From Octopus sinensis (taxonomy: Eukaryota), in contig NC_043016.1 of NCBI RefSeq assembly GCF_006345805.1, positions 8,246,001 to 8,310,000 on the forward strand: a stretch of DNA of 64,000 nucleotides, read 5' to 3'. The position numbers were made by a program, and so were the translations under genes. The notes under the pieces were generated by a model. It searched no databases. It was not told where the DNA came from and was given only the letters and a program-made list of their open reading frames with translations. Positions 1-12,126 of the stretch are shown here, piece by piece; within the stretch, counting starts at the first letter, position 1; every line of letters begins with the position of its first letter.

Positions 1-862
1 ACAGAGCTTGTATACCATGCAATGGAACGGAACCCAAACTGCTTACTTGCAAAGGTGAACTTCCTAACCACATTGCCATTCCTTCATCCACAAAGTTGTT
101 AAAAGTCTTAAAGGGAATATGTCATTACTTGAGGAATGGTAGACATTATTATTATTATTATTATTATTTACTGTTTTACATATGCATTTCTCTTTCATAG
201 AATATTTCCAATACATCAACGAAATAAAAACTAAAAAGTGTTAGCAAATACAAAGTAAGGTATAGCTACTGTCTTTAAAACCGTATGTTGTCTTTTGACT
301 ACATTCTTCCAAGACAAATTGTTGTTTGATTTGCTTTTGACAATTTCTTCTGAAATAAAATAACATACTTTGAAGAATATAAATTCCTTTGTTGTTTTAG
401 ATAAGTGATTCTCAAATGGTGCATTCTGCTGCAACACAAGGGAGGGGTATCTAGGTGCACCATGTTTTTTCTTTTTTTTTTTTTAAATATAAAGTGTTAG
501 AAAATCCATATCAATTCTTAAGAATTTTGAAAAAGAAAAAACATGAGATTCATAATTTTATTATATATATATATATATATATTTATGATTACTAAAAACA
601 AGGGAAGCAATTGTCAGTTTTTCTTTTTTTCTTTTTTTTACCCAGTTTCAGAATTTCTATTTTAAAACATAGTTTTGGCTTTAACTTTCTCTCATGGAAA
701 GTGTGAGTAACTTTTTTTTCTCAGATTCTTAAGTGGCTTTGCACTTTCAAAGATGTGTGCAGTAAGAAATCTCTTACTTGAAAAGCAGGTAAGGGTTAGT
801 GACAGAAAGAGCATCCATCTATGAAATAATGTCTTAATATGCAGTCATCTAATTCATGTTAA

Positions 863-1376
863 GTGGAGGCGCAATGGCCCAGTGGTTAGGGCAGCGGACT
901 CACGGTCGTAGGATCACGGTTTTGTTTCCCAGACCGGGAATTGTGAGTGTTTATTGAGCGAAAACACCTAAAGCTCCACGAGGCTCCAGCAGGGTGGGGG
1001 GGATGAACCCTGCTGTACTCTATCACCACAAATTTCTCTCACTCTTTCTTCCTAGTTCTGTTGTACCTGTATTTCAAAGGGCCAGCCTTGTCACATTGTG
1101 TCACGCTGAATCTCCCCGAGAACTATGTCAAGAGTACACGTGTCTGTGGAGTGCTCAGTCACTTGCACGTTAATAAATTAGCTGGGACGTCACAGGTGCC
1201 AAGCTGTATCGGCCTTTGCCTTTCCCTTGGATAACATCGGTGGCATGGAGAGGGGAGGCCAGTATGCATGGGCGAATGCTAGTCTTCCATAAACAACCTT
1301 GCCCAGACTTCTACCTCGGAGGGTAACTTTCTAGGTGCAATCTCATGGTTATTCATGATCGAAGGGGGGGAGGGTC
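863..1376 (+). mobile_element. tRNA-derived SINE, octopus OR1-like (family D)
   Basis: tRNA-like head GTGGAGGCGCAATGGCCCAGTGGTTAGGGCAGCGGACTC with an A-box. The same head recurs at 33191(+), 41470(-) and 44164(-). The 3' part CCTGTATTTCAAAGGGCCAGCCTTGTCAC is shared with the SINE at 5790. Confidence 0.8.
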
Positions 1377-1610
1377 ACAACAATTCATGTTATCATGGAA
1401 AAACAAGCTTAAAACAAATGGATTCTTCTGTCCCAACAATTTATTTAATGTACACAAAGCAGAAAAAAAAATGACATTTATTTCAATGCAAGCAAAAGCA
1501 CTAAACTACTTTACCATTCATCTCAAATGGTCAGCATTCCATCCTCCAACCATTATATTATAGTTCACCTGGCAATTGGATCCACATTTTGACTTTGTAC
1601 TTCATAGACA

Positions 1611-2318
1611 TGGGCATGGCTGTGTGGTAAGAAGTTTGCTTCCCAACCACATCACCTTGGGCAAGTGTCTTACACTATAGCCCCAAGTCAGCCAACCAAA
1701 GCCTTGTGAGTGGATTTAGAAGGTGAAAATTGAAGTGAGCTCACCATGTGTGAGTGTGTGTGTTTGTGTTTGTCCACCAACCACTGTTTGACTAGCGGTG
1801 TTGTTGTGTTTGCATCCTGTGACTTAGTGGTTCAGTAAAAAAGACCAATATAATAAGTATCAGACTTGAAAAAAAATATTTCGTTTTGGGATTTGGTTTG
1901 CACGATTCTTTATGAGTTCGTGTGTTGAAGCATATTCTCTTATGTCTGGGGAGAGTCGTTTTCTTTTTTGTGCCTTATTATGTAACACACTTACCAGTAA
2001 AATTTCCACTTTTTCTCTTATTTTTATTGTCCTAAAATTTTCGTTGCATCTTGCGACCTTTTCAATAGTTTTGAGTCAAGACTATTGCAAAGGTTGCAAG
2101 ACACAACGAAAATTTTAGGACAATAAAAATAAGAAGAAAAAAAGTGGAAATGTTACCGGTGAGTGTGTTACATAATAAGGCACAAAAAGAAAATGACTCT
2201 TGCCAGACACAATTGAAAAAAAAACTTAAGCAAACATGATTTGCTCAACTAAAATTCTTCGAGGTGGTGAGACAGTGCCCCTGTATGGCCACAGTCTAAT
2301 AGTTGAAACAAGTAAAAG
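1611..2318 (+). mobile_element. tRNA-derived SINE family A, interrupted by a palindromic insert
   Basis: Head GGCTGTGTGGTAAGAAGTTTGCTTCCCAACCAC, CCTTGGGCAAGTGTC, internal (TG)n and tail GAAACAAGTAAAAG, matching about 20 other copies. Confidence 0.8.
1943..2209. repeat. Long inverted repeat (~130 bp arms, centre 2075), putative Penelope-like element end with hammerhead-like motifs
   Basis: TGTCTGG...CCAGACA arms are reverse complementary with few mismatches. Each arm has CTA-TTGNAAA-G-stem-GAAAATTT-TAG. Confidence 0.85.
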
Positions 2319-3074
2319 CTGTAAGAGACCCAGAGGTAAGTGATGAACGTTGCAATAGAGGCAATTTCTCAGTGATTACACCAAGCAACGGCAACCACAG
2401 CCAGATGGATGCCATTGTTGGTTGTAGCTGGTGTGATAGAATGTCTGCAATGAAGACAATGACATCTGATATTCAAGCATTAAAGTTGTCAGAACATTAT
2501 GGTTAAGCAACTGATGAAATCTGATTGTTTCAAGTCTGCAGAGTCCTTTTGGGATTCTTATTTATTGCCAAGCCTGTTCTGTAAGTACTTCTTCCATCAG
2601 TGTGTGCGTGTACGTGTGTGTGCGTGTGCGTGTATGAGAGAGAGAGAGAGAGCTGGAACCTATGCAGATGGGATTCTAGGTGGAACAATTGACATCGGTC
2701 ACCTTATTTTTCAGGAAATCTCGTGCCAGTTACAATCAAAGAAAGGTTCTTTGGATAAAGAATTACATCTTCTTATATTAATTGTTCCAGTTTTTTTTAG
2801 CCAATTTCTTTCTGACTTGTTCTGTCGTGTATATTTAGATATGTTTGCCTGTAACCCCGTACATAAATTGTGCGTATTTAGCTCCGAGTACCAAAATTTT
2901 TGGCATGTAGTTTAAAATAAAGATCCTAAATTTTGCATTTGACCTGGACTTATTACCAATTTTATGAGGGTCTGTGTGTAAGAAATGAGTTTGAGTATTT
3001 TGTTTTTCACTTGCTTCTATGAATGTACACATGTATATATTTGTGTGTATGTGTGTGCGTGTGCATGTGTGTGT

Positions 3075-3721
3075 TCTTTTACTCATTTACTTGTTTTAGT
3101 TATATGGCTGCAGCCATGATAGAGCACCACCTTAAAGGGTTTTAGTCAAAGAAATCGACCCCGGGATTTATTCTTTGTTAGCCTAGTACTTATTATATTG
3201 TTAGGGCATAAACACACAAGCATTGGTTGTCAACTGAAGGCAGGGAGACACACACACACAGACATACACACACATATATATAGCTCAATTAAAGGTTACA
3301 TACCTCATTAAGAGATAATAAAATCCAATGAATTGATTGGTTTATTATCTATTTTTAATATTGAATGATATATTTAATATTCAACAATATGGTAATTAAG
3401 TAAACCGAGGTTTATATTTATTTAAGAAAAATAAGAAAATAGAAACAAATGAATTAATAATTATTTATTAATTACAAATTATGTCTATTTTTGTAATTAA
3501 TAAATAATTATTAATTGATCTCTCTCTATTTTCTTATTTTTCTTATATATATATATATGACGGGCTTCTTTCAGTTTCTGTCTACCAAATCCCCTGACAA
3601 GGCTTTGGTCGGCCCAAGGTTATAGCAGAAGATACTTACCCAAGGTGCCACACAATGAGACTGAACCCGGAACTATATGGTTGCAAAGTAAGTTTCTTAC
3701 CACACAGCCATGCCTATGCCT
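3075..3721 (-). mobile_element. SINE family A with an AT-rich insert in its internal (TA)n
   Basis: Reverse complement of the family A tail (3075-3280) and head (3550-3721). Confidence 0.85.
3423..3545. repeat. AT-rich inverted repeat
   Basis: TAAGAAAAATAAGAAAATAGA...AATTAATAATTATTTATTAATTACAAA pairs with TTTGTAATTAATAAATAATTATTAATT...TCTATTTTCTTATTTTTCTTA. Confidence 0.75.
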
Positions 3722-4086
3722 ATATATATATATATATGCATAGACATGTATATCTATATAAATATGTATGTGTGAGTGTACATATGTGTTTTTATATATA
3801 CTCCCACAGTACTGTCCATTGCCTTCGCAACCACTCCCACCAGCAGAAGCATCTCAACCAAAATTACCCCTTCCCCCCATCGCCTCCATTACCACTCCAC
3901 ATGTATACACTACACCCATAGTGTAGCATGATTCTTACCATTTCTAATAATACAACTACCATTACCTGAAATACCAGTTTTTGCAGTATTTTCTACAGGA
4001 CCTGCTATATCCCAACCTACAAGTTTGTGACACTTCTCAAAAAATATACTGTTATTCAGCAATCTTTTTAGTTTACAATCACTTGG

Positions 4087-4170
<84 letters not shown>

Positions 4171-5074
4171 CTCATCATTTTCCTAACAGTGTTTCTATCT
4201 TTATTCAACTATCATTCAAACATTGCATGTAACTACACAAATTACATTTATATTTCTCACTACGTATGCACACTGACACACACACATGCATATATATACA
4301 CACACATATATATATATATTGTGCACACACACAGATAGATAGATAGATAGATAGACAGATAGATAGATAGATGGACAGACAGATAGATAGAGAGATAGAT
4401 AGATAGATATGTATAATCTTCCAATCTCTCACCACCACTTTCTCTTTCCTCCTACCCTCTTTCCATCTGTACATTAATTTGGGTGTGTTCTTGCTCCAAA
4501 TTTACTGCATTGTATGTGTGTGTTTGTACATAAACATATATAATATATAGACATGTTTATATATGTGTGTGTTTACATATATGTATTTGTATCTGTGTGT
4601 GTGCTCACAAATATATATATAGAAGAATGCGTTCCATTGGTTTTTCAAACTGCTGAGTCCTTCATGACTCCTGACAGAAAGTCACTTCTTATGGTAACAG
4701 ACACAATTTGAACTTAGAGAGCTGAGTGAGACATGAAGCAGTCTATCCAACACTCCTTTGACTCTTTTGTTACCTTGAAAATATATATATATATATATTG
4801 GTAAAAACGGTGAGATAACAAAAGAAAGAAAGATACCTCAATATTATGTAAATAGAGGAAATATATATATATTGTCCTTACCTTTGAATATATATATATA
4901 TATAATCGTCCTTACCTTCGAAATGCAGAGTAGATGAAACAGGAACAACTGAAGAAGGGGAATTTTCCTTGTGTTGTATGTCTTGTTTCTCTGTTACCTT
5001 TTTTTCATTGTTTGAAAAAATATTCATTTCTATGTTTTTGTTTTTATGTTTTCGTTTCTCATTGTGTTCGAACC

Positions 5075-5460
5075 ATCTGCCAGGTATCCTTTCAATACTG
5101 ATTGGATCTACTTGAGCAAGGATTTCTACTCCTTTGCTGGTCTAGGACAGCGATTTCTAAGATGTGGATTTCTTCCTCTATATCATAACAAATGGCAGGC
5201 ACAAGCCATTTTATTTGTATCTCTGGGGGCACATCTTTATTTTTTAATTTTTATGACCCTACGACCAAGGTATGTAGGGATCATCATTAGGTTTTTGCAT
5301 TCATAAGACTTTGTGGAGAGGTCTTTGGCTCAGTCTTCACTGTCGAATCTAACTTTGATTGTGGTAAATCTTTTTCCTCCATATTCTTTAAAGGCCTATA
5401 TGGGCCATAGACATTTTCCCACTGTTCCTTGGGAGGAAGTATCGAAAAGTTGTGTTTTTA
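5075..5460 (-). pseudogene. Possible decayed LINE ORF1-like fragment
   Basis: Manual translation with frameshifts gives KRFTTIKVRFDSED..KDLSTKSYECKNLMMIPTYLGRRVIKIK..DVPPEI, reminiscent of L1/Tx1 ORF1. Not verified by search. Confidence 0.3.
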
Positions 5461-5737
5461 AGTTGAGTGTTTTATATATATACTCCTTTACTTGTTTCAG
5501 TCATTTGACTGTGGCCATGCTGGAGCACCGCCTTTAGTCAAGCAAATCGACCCGGTGGTGGGGATTTCTTATTAACAGATTTACTTAGGTTGAAGGAGAA
5601 GATGTTAAACACCTATTTGACAAAAAATATTTTAACAACAAACAGTTTTTTTTTCTATACAAATAAAGCCAACTTACTTGGAGCCGATCTGTCAACAATC
5701 CATTCGGACAGACAGACATATGTGTACATTTATGTGT

Positions 5738-5776
<39 letters not shown>

Positions 5777-5789
5777 ACACATCTATGTA

Positions 5790-6280
5790 TGTGTGGTCAT
5801 GAGTTTGATTCCCAGTGTCACATTGCGTCCTTGAGCAAGACACTTTATTTCACATTGCTCCAGTCCACTCAGCTGGCAAAAATGAGAAGTACCTGTATTT
5901 CAAAGGGCCAGCCTTGTCACACACTGTGTCATGCTGAATCTCCCTCAGAACTATGTTAACCTTTAGTGTTCACATTATTCTACCAAAATTAATACTTTTT
6001 TATCCACATTGCCTTGAACTAATCAGGCATTATCTTGTAGCTATGAGATTTTGATGAGGTAGCTGTTAATTTTTAAAACGATATTGTAGGGTTGGTCTGA
6101 GAGACCAGATCTGGCCATTTTGAACATAAAACAGGCAGAATACTTCTGTCTGGATATGGCCGGTTTAAAAGCTAAAGGGTTAAGGTGTTGCATGTCTGTG
6201 GAGTGCTCAGCCACTTGCATGTTAATTTCATGAGCTAACTCTTCTCCGACCCGATCATCTACAACCCTCACCATCATAAC
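5790..6280 (+). mobile_element. CORE-type SINE (OR2-like) split by a TTAA MITE
   Basis: CORE-like GCGTCCTTGAGCAAGACACTTTATTTCACATTGCTCCAGTCCACTCAGCTG. The 3' part shared with family D resumes after 6183. Confidence 0.7.
5956..6183. mobile_element. piggyBac-type MITE (family P1)
   Basis: TTAA at both ends, with termini CCTTTAG/CTAAAGGG. It interrupts a SINE exactly at a TTAA. Homologous copies lie at 32195, 35478 and 45305. Confidence 0.8.
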
Positions 6281-6410
6281 TGACTGTATCAGTATATATT
6301 ATATATATATATAATAAATTAAATTTAGGGTAAAAATTGATATTTATCAATTAGAACCAGTGGTCTAGCATATTAAAAAAAGTATCCGAAGATTAAAATA
6401 TTTATATATA

Positions 6411-6673
6411 CCAATTAAGGACTGCACACGAAAAGTGGACAGTCAACATGCTAGATATAGACGTCAAATCGCCATTCTCCACAAAAAGTTTATGTTCTCA
6501 GATCAAACTCAACAAAACCAAAGTAATAAACAAGTGAAAAATTTTTCACTTGTTTATTACTTTGGTTTTGTTGAGTTTGATCTGAGAACATAAACTTTTT
6601 GTGGAGAATGGCGATTTTGACGTCTATATCTAGCATGTTGACTGTCCACTTTTCGTGTGCAGTCCTTAATTGG
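6411..6673. repeat. Near-perfect spacerless palindrome (131 bp arms) embedded in (TA)n
   Basis: CCAATTAAGGACTGCAC...GTGAAAAA|TTTTTCAC...GTGCAGTCCTTAATTGG, with one 1-nt indel seen. Confidence 0.95.
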
Positions 6674-6709
6674 TATATATATATATATATATATATATAT
6701 CATCATCAT

Positions 6710-6826
6710 CAAAAGGATGAAAGGTAAAGTCGACCTCAGCGGAATTTGAACTCAGAACGTAGCGGCAGACGAAATACAGCTAAGCATTTCGCCCGGCATG
6801 CTAATGTTTCTGCCAGCTCGCCGCCT
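6710..6826 (-). mobile_element. SINE family C (Meta-domain-like), 5' part
   Basis: Reverse complement of GGCGGCGAGCTGGCAGAAAC...GAGTTCAAATTCCGCTGAGGTCGACTTTACCTTTCATCC. Confidence 0.8.
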
Positions 6827-6850
6827 TTCTCTGTTTCTTTTCTCTTATTC

Positions 6851-6886
6851 CTTTCTGTCGAAGAGTGTAGGCTCGAAACATAAAAG
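6851..6886 (+). ncRNA. Minimal hammerhead-ribozyme-like motif (variant core, decayed)
   Basis: CTTT-CTGTCGA-A-GAGT-GTAG-GCTC-GAAAC-ATA-AAAG. Confidence 0.4.
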
Positions 6887-7494
6887 ACTTTCCCGCTTTC
6901 CAGGGCATCAAACTAATACTCCTGCTTGTTGTTCATACACCTGTCTTCATCTTTTGTTTTCTGTGAATTTCATATATATGTGTGTGTATTGTATTTTGAT
7001 GGTGAAGTTTCTTATGTGTGTGTGTATGTAGACAAACAATGAGAAATACATTATACTTTACAGAATTCCATGTTGTAAAATTTTATGACTTAAACAAAAT
7101 TGATGAAGAATAGAGCAAAATATAGAATGACAAGTAACATATACATATTCCATATGTTTGCCATTGTCATAGATTCATTTTTCTTGTGAATGTGTGTATA
7201 TAAATTATACATACATAATTTATTAACACTATGTAATTGAATATACCAGTCACTGGCTTTATACAAGCTGGTGCTGCCATAAATTAGAGCAAAAATCTAT
7301 AAAGACCTGTCGAGATGTCTTTAGATCTCTAGTACTTTCTCTGCTAGTGTAAAATGCCCTACCTTAGGAATTTGATGTGGAAATTTAAAATTCAGAAAGA
7401 GTCTATTTTATTAGTGACAGGAATAAATACTTCATAAATACTAAAGTTTGTCTTTGTGCAAGTTTAAGTAGGCTTCATAGAATCTGATGATGAT

Positions 7495-7547
<53 letters not shown>

Positions 7548-7617
7548 ATGACCTCTTGTGTACCGTTGGCGATTTTTTTCCTAAGTCTTCCATTCTCTGG
7601 ATCTTTCCTTCTCCTAT

Positions 7618-7652
7618 GTTTCCAATGAAGAGCTCCGCTCGAAACGTTAGAC
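7618..7652 (+). ncRNA. Minimal hammerhead-ribozyme-like motif in a ~200 bp (TA)n-flanked element (7550-7745)
   Basis: GTTT-CCAATGA-A-GAGC-TCC-GCTC-GAAAC-GTT-AGAC. G5 is lost, consistent with CpG decay. Confidence 0.5.
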
Positions 7653-7972
7653 CCTCCTTCTTTCCTGAGCGTCCAATAATACTATATTTGTTCCACGTCC
7701 TCGCGCTGTTGTGTTTTTTTGTGTTTTCTTGTTTGGATTAACTTTATATATATATATAATATATATATATATATTATATATATTTTAGAGGGAACCACCA
7801 TGTGGACACCCATATGCTAGAAATAGATCCGCTACGGTCTCACCACCAAGAAATGTTCTCAAGAAAAATTTAGCAAAGCAACCAAAACATAATCAAGCAA
7901 GACAAAAAAAAAAGCAATAAAAATATGGATTATTCGTATATATATATATATATATAATATATATATATATAT

Positions 7973-8034
7973 ACAATTGCAGCGTGGAAGGTGTTTCTTA
8001 AATGGCTTACAAACACCTTCCACGCTGCAATTGT
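7973..8034. repeat. Perfect 24-bp-stem hairpin with 14-nt loop
   Basis: ACAATTGCAGCGTGGAAGGTGTTT ... AAACACCTTCCACGCTGCAATTGT. Confidence 0.9.
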
Positions 8035-8089
8035 TTTCATTTCAGCACACGATCTCAGATCAAATCACTTGCTATGCGAGTACATCTCG

Positions 8090-8130
<41 letters not shown>

Positions 8131-8628
8131 AATAAAAATTTATATATAAAGAGACGACACAGAAAACAGACAGGTCATTTGAAGCCTTTAATCTTCAGTC
8201 AGAAACCGGATCATCATAGCAAATTTCGGCTGATTGATTCTGATATTTGCTCCAACACAGCCAGCCCCAAGGAAAAACTAAGCTGTGAGCATTAGATTTC
8301 TTGGTAAAAAGAACGAATGTAAATGCAACAGAGACAAATATAAATACAAAAAACGAAAACAGAATTAAAAACAAGAATGGTTAATGGCAGGTGTCTTACG
8401 ACTTTAGACAAAATGAGACAAAACAAGCATATATGGGTGCTGGTGTCACATAAACGCACCCAATACTTTCTGTAAAATGATTGGCATTAGAAAAACACTT
8501 CTAGCCGTAGAAACCATGAAGCCCGGGAAGCTCTTCAACTGGCCAACTCCTGTCAAACCATCCGACCCATGCCAGCATAGAAAACAGAATTAAATTATGA
8601 TGATGATATATATATCATCATCATATAT

Positions 8629-8850
8629 ACTCTCTTTACTCTTTTACTTGTTTCAGTCATTTGACTGCGGCCATGCTGGAGCACCGCCTTTAGTCGAGCA
8701 AATCGACCCCGGGACTATTCTCTTTGTAAGCCCATACTTATTCTATCGGTCTCTTTTGCCGAACTGCTAAGTGACGGGGACATAAACACACCACCAGCAT
8801 CATTGTCAAGCAATGCTAGGGAGACAACTATAACACACAAACACACACAC

Positions 8851-8890
<40 letters not shown>

Positions 8891-9070
8891 TATATATACA
8901 CATATATACGACGGGCTTCTTTCAGTTTCTGTCTACCAAATCCACTCACAAGGCATTGGTCGGCCCGAGGCTATAGTAGAAGACACTTGCCCAAGGTGCC
9001 ACGCAGGGGGACTGAACCCAGAACCATGTGGTTGGTTAGCAGCTACTTACCACACAGCCACTCCTGCACC
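8629..9070 (-). mobile_element. SINE family A, full length
   Basis: Complete head with A/B-box-like motifs, internal (TA)/(TG) tract and (AAAGAGT)n tail. Confidence 0.9.
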
Positions 9071-9112
<42 letters not shown>

Positions 9113-9917
9113 TTAATTCTCATATTCAGGTTCAATTAAGTTTGTTATAGTAAAATTGAATTATTCTATTTTATTGAGCTCTTTGCTAAACTTTTGCACA
9201 AAGTATTCTTTAGTATTTGTTAAAGGTTAAACACTGTAAACAGAGCAGATGAAATTAACCTCATCAGTCAGTCAGTCAGTGCACACCAGCCTTCCATCTT
9301 CTTATATTGAAAACCCTGGAAACCTAGACAAGACCCACCATTAACCTAAGTGCCTTATCATTGAACTGACAGCTGTAATAGTTGATTGACCTCTCCCACC
9401 ACAGCTCTTCTCACATCAGCTTACTGGTACAGATTGATAAAACAAATGTAACATGTAAAAATGATTTTACCCTAATCACATAATAAAGCGGATTTCTGCA
9501 CACTGAAATAAATACAACCCATCATGTTAGGTAGGAAGGAATACTAAATAAAAAACTTCTTCAGTGTAAAAGGAATCCTTGACAGCAAGTGCCGTTGCAA
9601 GCTATTTTGGTAGCTATAACTCATCTTTCTTCTGAAATTTCTGAGTCATGGAGACAACTATTTTCTTCAAGCAGACCTTAGACTATGTTGTATATGTAAG
9701 CCCTTGTTAGCTAAATCCCTCTCTGCATAATGGAGTGTCTTAAGAGAAAAGAAAGTCTGAATAGAAATTATGTAAGGTGGAGTGAGTGAATGCATTAGTT
9801 CTTCCAAAGCGATCTGCTTCAGTGATCGTGGCCTGATGGAATACCTTCTCTTCATGCTGTGAAGTCTGAGAGATACTTAAGGTTCAGCCAACAGTTTACA
9901 AGTATGGAGTAAACAAT

Positions 9918-10320
9918 CATCATTATCGTTTAACGTCCGTTTTCCATGCTAGCATGGGTTGGATGTATGACTGAGGGCTGGCGAACCAGATGGCTGCACC
10001 AGGCTCCAATCTTGATTTGGCAGAGTTTCTACAGCTGGATGCCCTTCCTAACGCCAACCACTCTGTGAGTGTAGTGGATGTTTTTTACGTGCCACCGGTA
10101 CAGGGGCCAGAGGAGACTGGCAAACGGCCACGATCGGTTGGTGCTTTTACGTGTCACCAAGATAGATGCCAGTCAGGCGGCGCTGGCATCTGCCACGTTC
10201 AGACGGTGCTTTTACGTGTCACCGAGACGGACGCCAGTCAGGCGGTGCTGGCATCTGCCACGTACAGACGGTGCTTTTCTTTTAACGTGTCACCAGCACG
10301 GGGTCTTAACTACTATTTCC
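9918..10320 (-). mobile_element. SINE-like family B (GGAAGGGCATCC motif, (ATG)n tail) with internal ~65-bp tandem repeats
   Basis: CATCATTATCGTTTAACGTCCGTTTTCCATGCTAGCATGGGTTGGA...GGATGCCCTTCCTAACGCCAACC. The GGTGCTTTTACGTGTCACC unit is repeated. Confidence 0.8.
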
Positions 10321-10388
10321 ATTCAATTTTCATCTGATGTTGGTGTTAACAATGATAGTGTAATTATAAAGAGGATGACTCAAACATA

Positions 10389-10653
10389 TCTTTTATCTTT
10401 TACTTGTTTCAGTCATTAGACTGCAGCCATTCTGGGGCACCACCTTGAATTTTTTTAGCCGAATAAATCGCCCCCCTCCCCCCACAGTACTTATTTTATT
10501 TTAAGTCTGGTTTTTATTTTATCGGTCTCATTTGCTGAACCGCTAAGTTACGAGGACATAAACATGCCAAAACTGGTTGTCAAGTGGTGATGGGTGGACA
10601 AATGCAGACACAAAGACCACACACATAGATACTCACATGCATACATACATACA

Positions 10654-10696
<43 letters not shown>

Positions 10697-10738
10697 TATA
10701 TATATATATATGCAATATAACATACATACATACATATA

Positions 10739-10790
<52 letters not shown>

Positions 10791-11182
10791 ATCCAAACAA
10801 GAAAACCACAGAAAAAAGAGAAAAAAAGGGAAAAAAACACAGCAACGCAGGACGTGGAACAATTAAAGTATTATTGACGCTCGGGAAAGAAGGGAAGGAG
10901 GGTTTAACGTTTCGAGCGGAGCTCTTCGTCGGAAACAAGGAGAAGGAAAGATCCCAAGGAGGGAAGACAGAGGAGACAATATTTGAGCTGGTGGTGCTTA
11001 AGAGATCACATGTTGAAAAGATGATAGGTTTCTTTTCAGTTTCCATCTACCAAATCTACTCACAAGGTATTGGTCAGCCTGAGGCTATAGTAGAAGGCAC
11101 TGACCCAAGGTACCGCACAGTAGGGCTGAACCCGGAACTATGTGGTTGGCAAGCAAGCTTCTTATCACACAGCCACTCCTGT
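10389..11182 (-). mobile_element. SINE family A with a nested hammerhead-bearing element (10787-10975)
   Basis: Tail at 10389-10620 and head at 11025-11182, separated by microsatellite plus insert. Confidence 0.8.
10902..10936 (-). ncRNA. Minimal hammerhead-ribozyme-like motif (best preserved, U4C core)
   Basis: Minus strand reads GTTT-CCGACGA-A-GAGC-TCC-GCTC-GAAAC-GTT-AAAC. Stems I and II pair perfectly, and AACGTT at stem III is palindromic. Confidence 0.55.
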
Positions 11183-11439
11183 GCTATATACACATACATA
11201 TACACATGTCTTTATGTGTGTATATATAGATACATGTTGCATTTAAACAAATAAGAACTAAGAAGCATTTTGTGGCATGTAGTTGATCAACGCAGACAAA
11301 TACACATATATCAAATACCCTACAACATTAATTCTTAATTCATCAAAATTATCTCCGCCTCCTGAGGACGTGTGCCACAATTACCAAAATCATTATTAAG
11401 ACTGGCTCCTTTTGAGAAGTTGAGATAATCTCTACTCTG

Positions 11440-11775
11440 TGTGTGTGTTTTAGGTATGTGTGTATATATGTATGTGTGTATTATGTATGTGTGTATTATA
11501 TACCTGTGTGTATATTTTTATGTGTATTATGTGCTTGTGTATATATATGTGTGTGTATTATGTATGTGTGTATTATATACCTGTGTATATATTTGTATGT
11601 GTATTATGTGCTTGTGTATATGTGTGTATTATGTGCCTGTGTATATATTTGTGTGTGTATTATGTGCATGTGTATATATTTGTGTGTGTGTTATGTGCAT
11701 GTGTATATGTGTGTGTGTGTGTGTGTTATGTACATGTGTATATATTTGTTTGTACTATGTATGTGTGTGTATGTA
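11440..11775. repeat. TG/TA-derived minisatellite (TGTGTATTATGTGC.TGTGTATAT units)
   Basis: Visible tandem units that explain three overlapping spurious ORFs. Confidence 0.85.
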
Positions 11776-12126
11776 TTCTCATCCAAAATGGAGATGAGCA
11801 CCAACATTCTCAAGTGAATTGCTTGAATAATTATCTAGACATATGCAATTATGTATAATCTTTGGTTGCCTTGTCAGTCCAAAAATAAAGAATGTTTATT
11901 TACCAATGCAGAGTTGAGCACTCATTCTCCCCGTTCGATATTTTGTATATGAAGCCATAAATCTCGACGCATTTTTTTTTCTCCTTTTTTTTTTTCTATT
12001 TCCTTTTTTTCCTCTCACCCCTTTCTGTCAAAGGCTCAAAATATCAAAGACTTTTCCCATCTTCTCGCATTTGTTTTCTATACATTTGAACCACATGTGT
12101 GTGTGTGGATATATATATATATATAT

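Noticed and set aside
231-349. Minus-strand acceptor TTATTTCAG with phase-1 frame EEIVKSKS...
   Set aside because: No good donor and no KLF-like content, and such acceptors are common by chance in AT-rich DNA.
863-935. SINE heads as functional tRNA genes
   Set aside because: No complete cloverleaf, and they continue into multi-copy SINE bodies.
9667-9855. ORF with PRSLKQIA resembling a SOCS/BC box
   Set aside because: Short, with no splice support and no other domain evidence.
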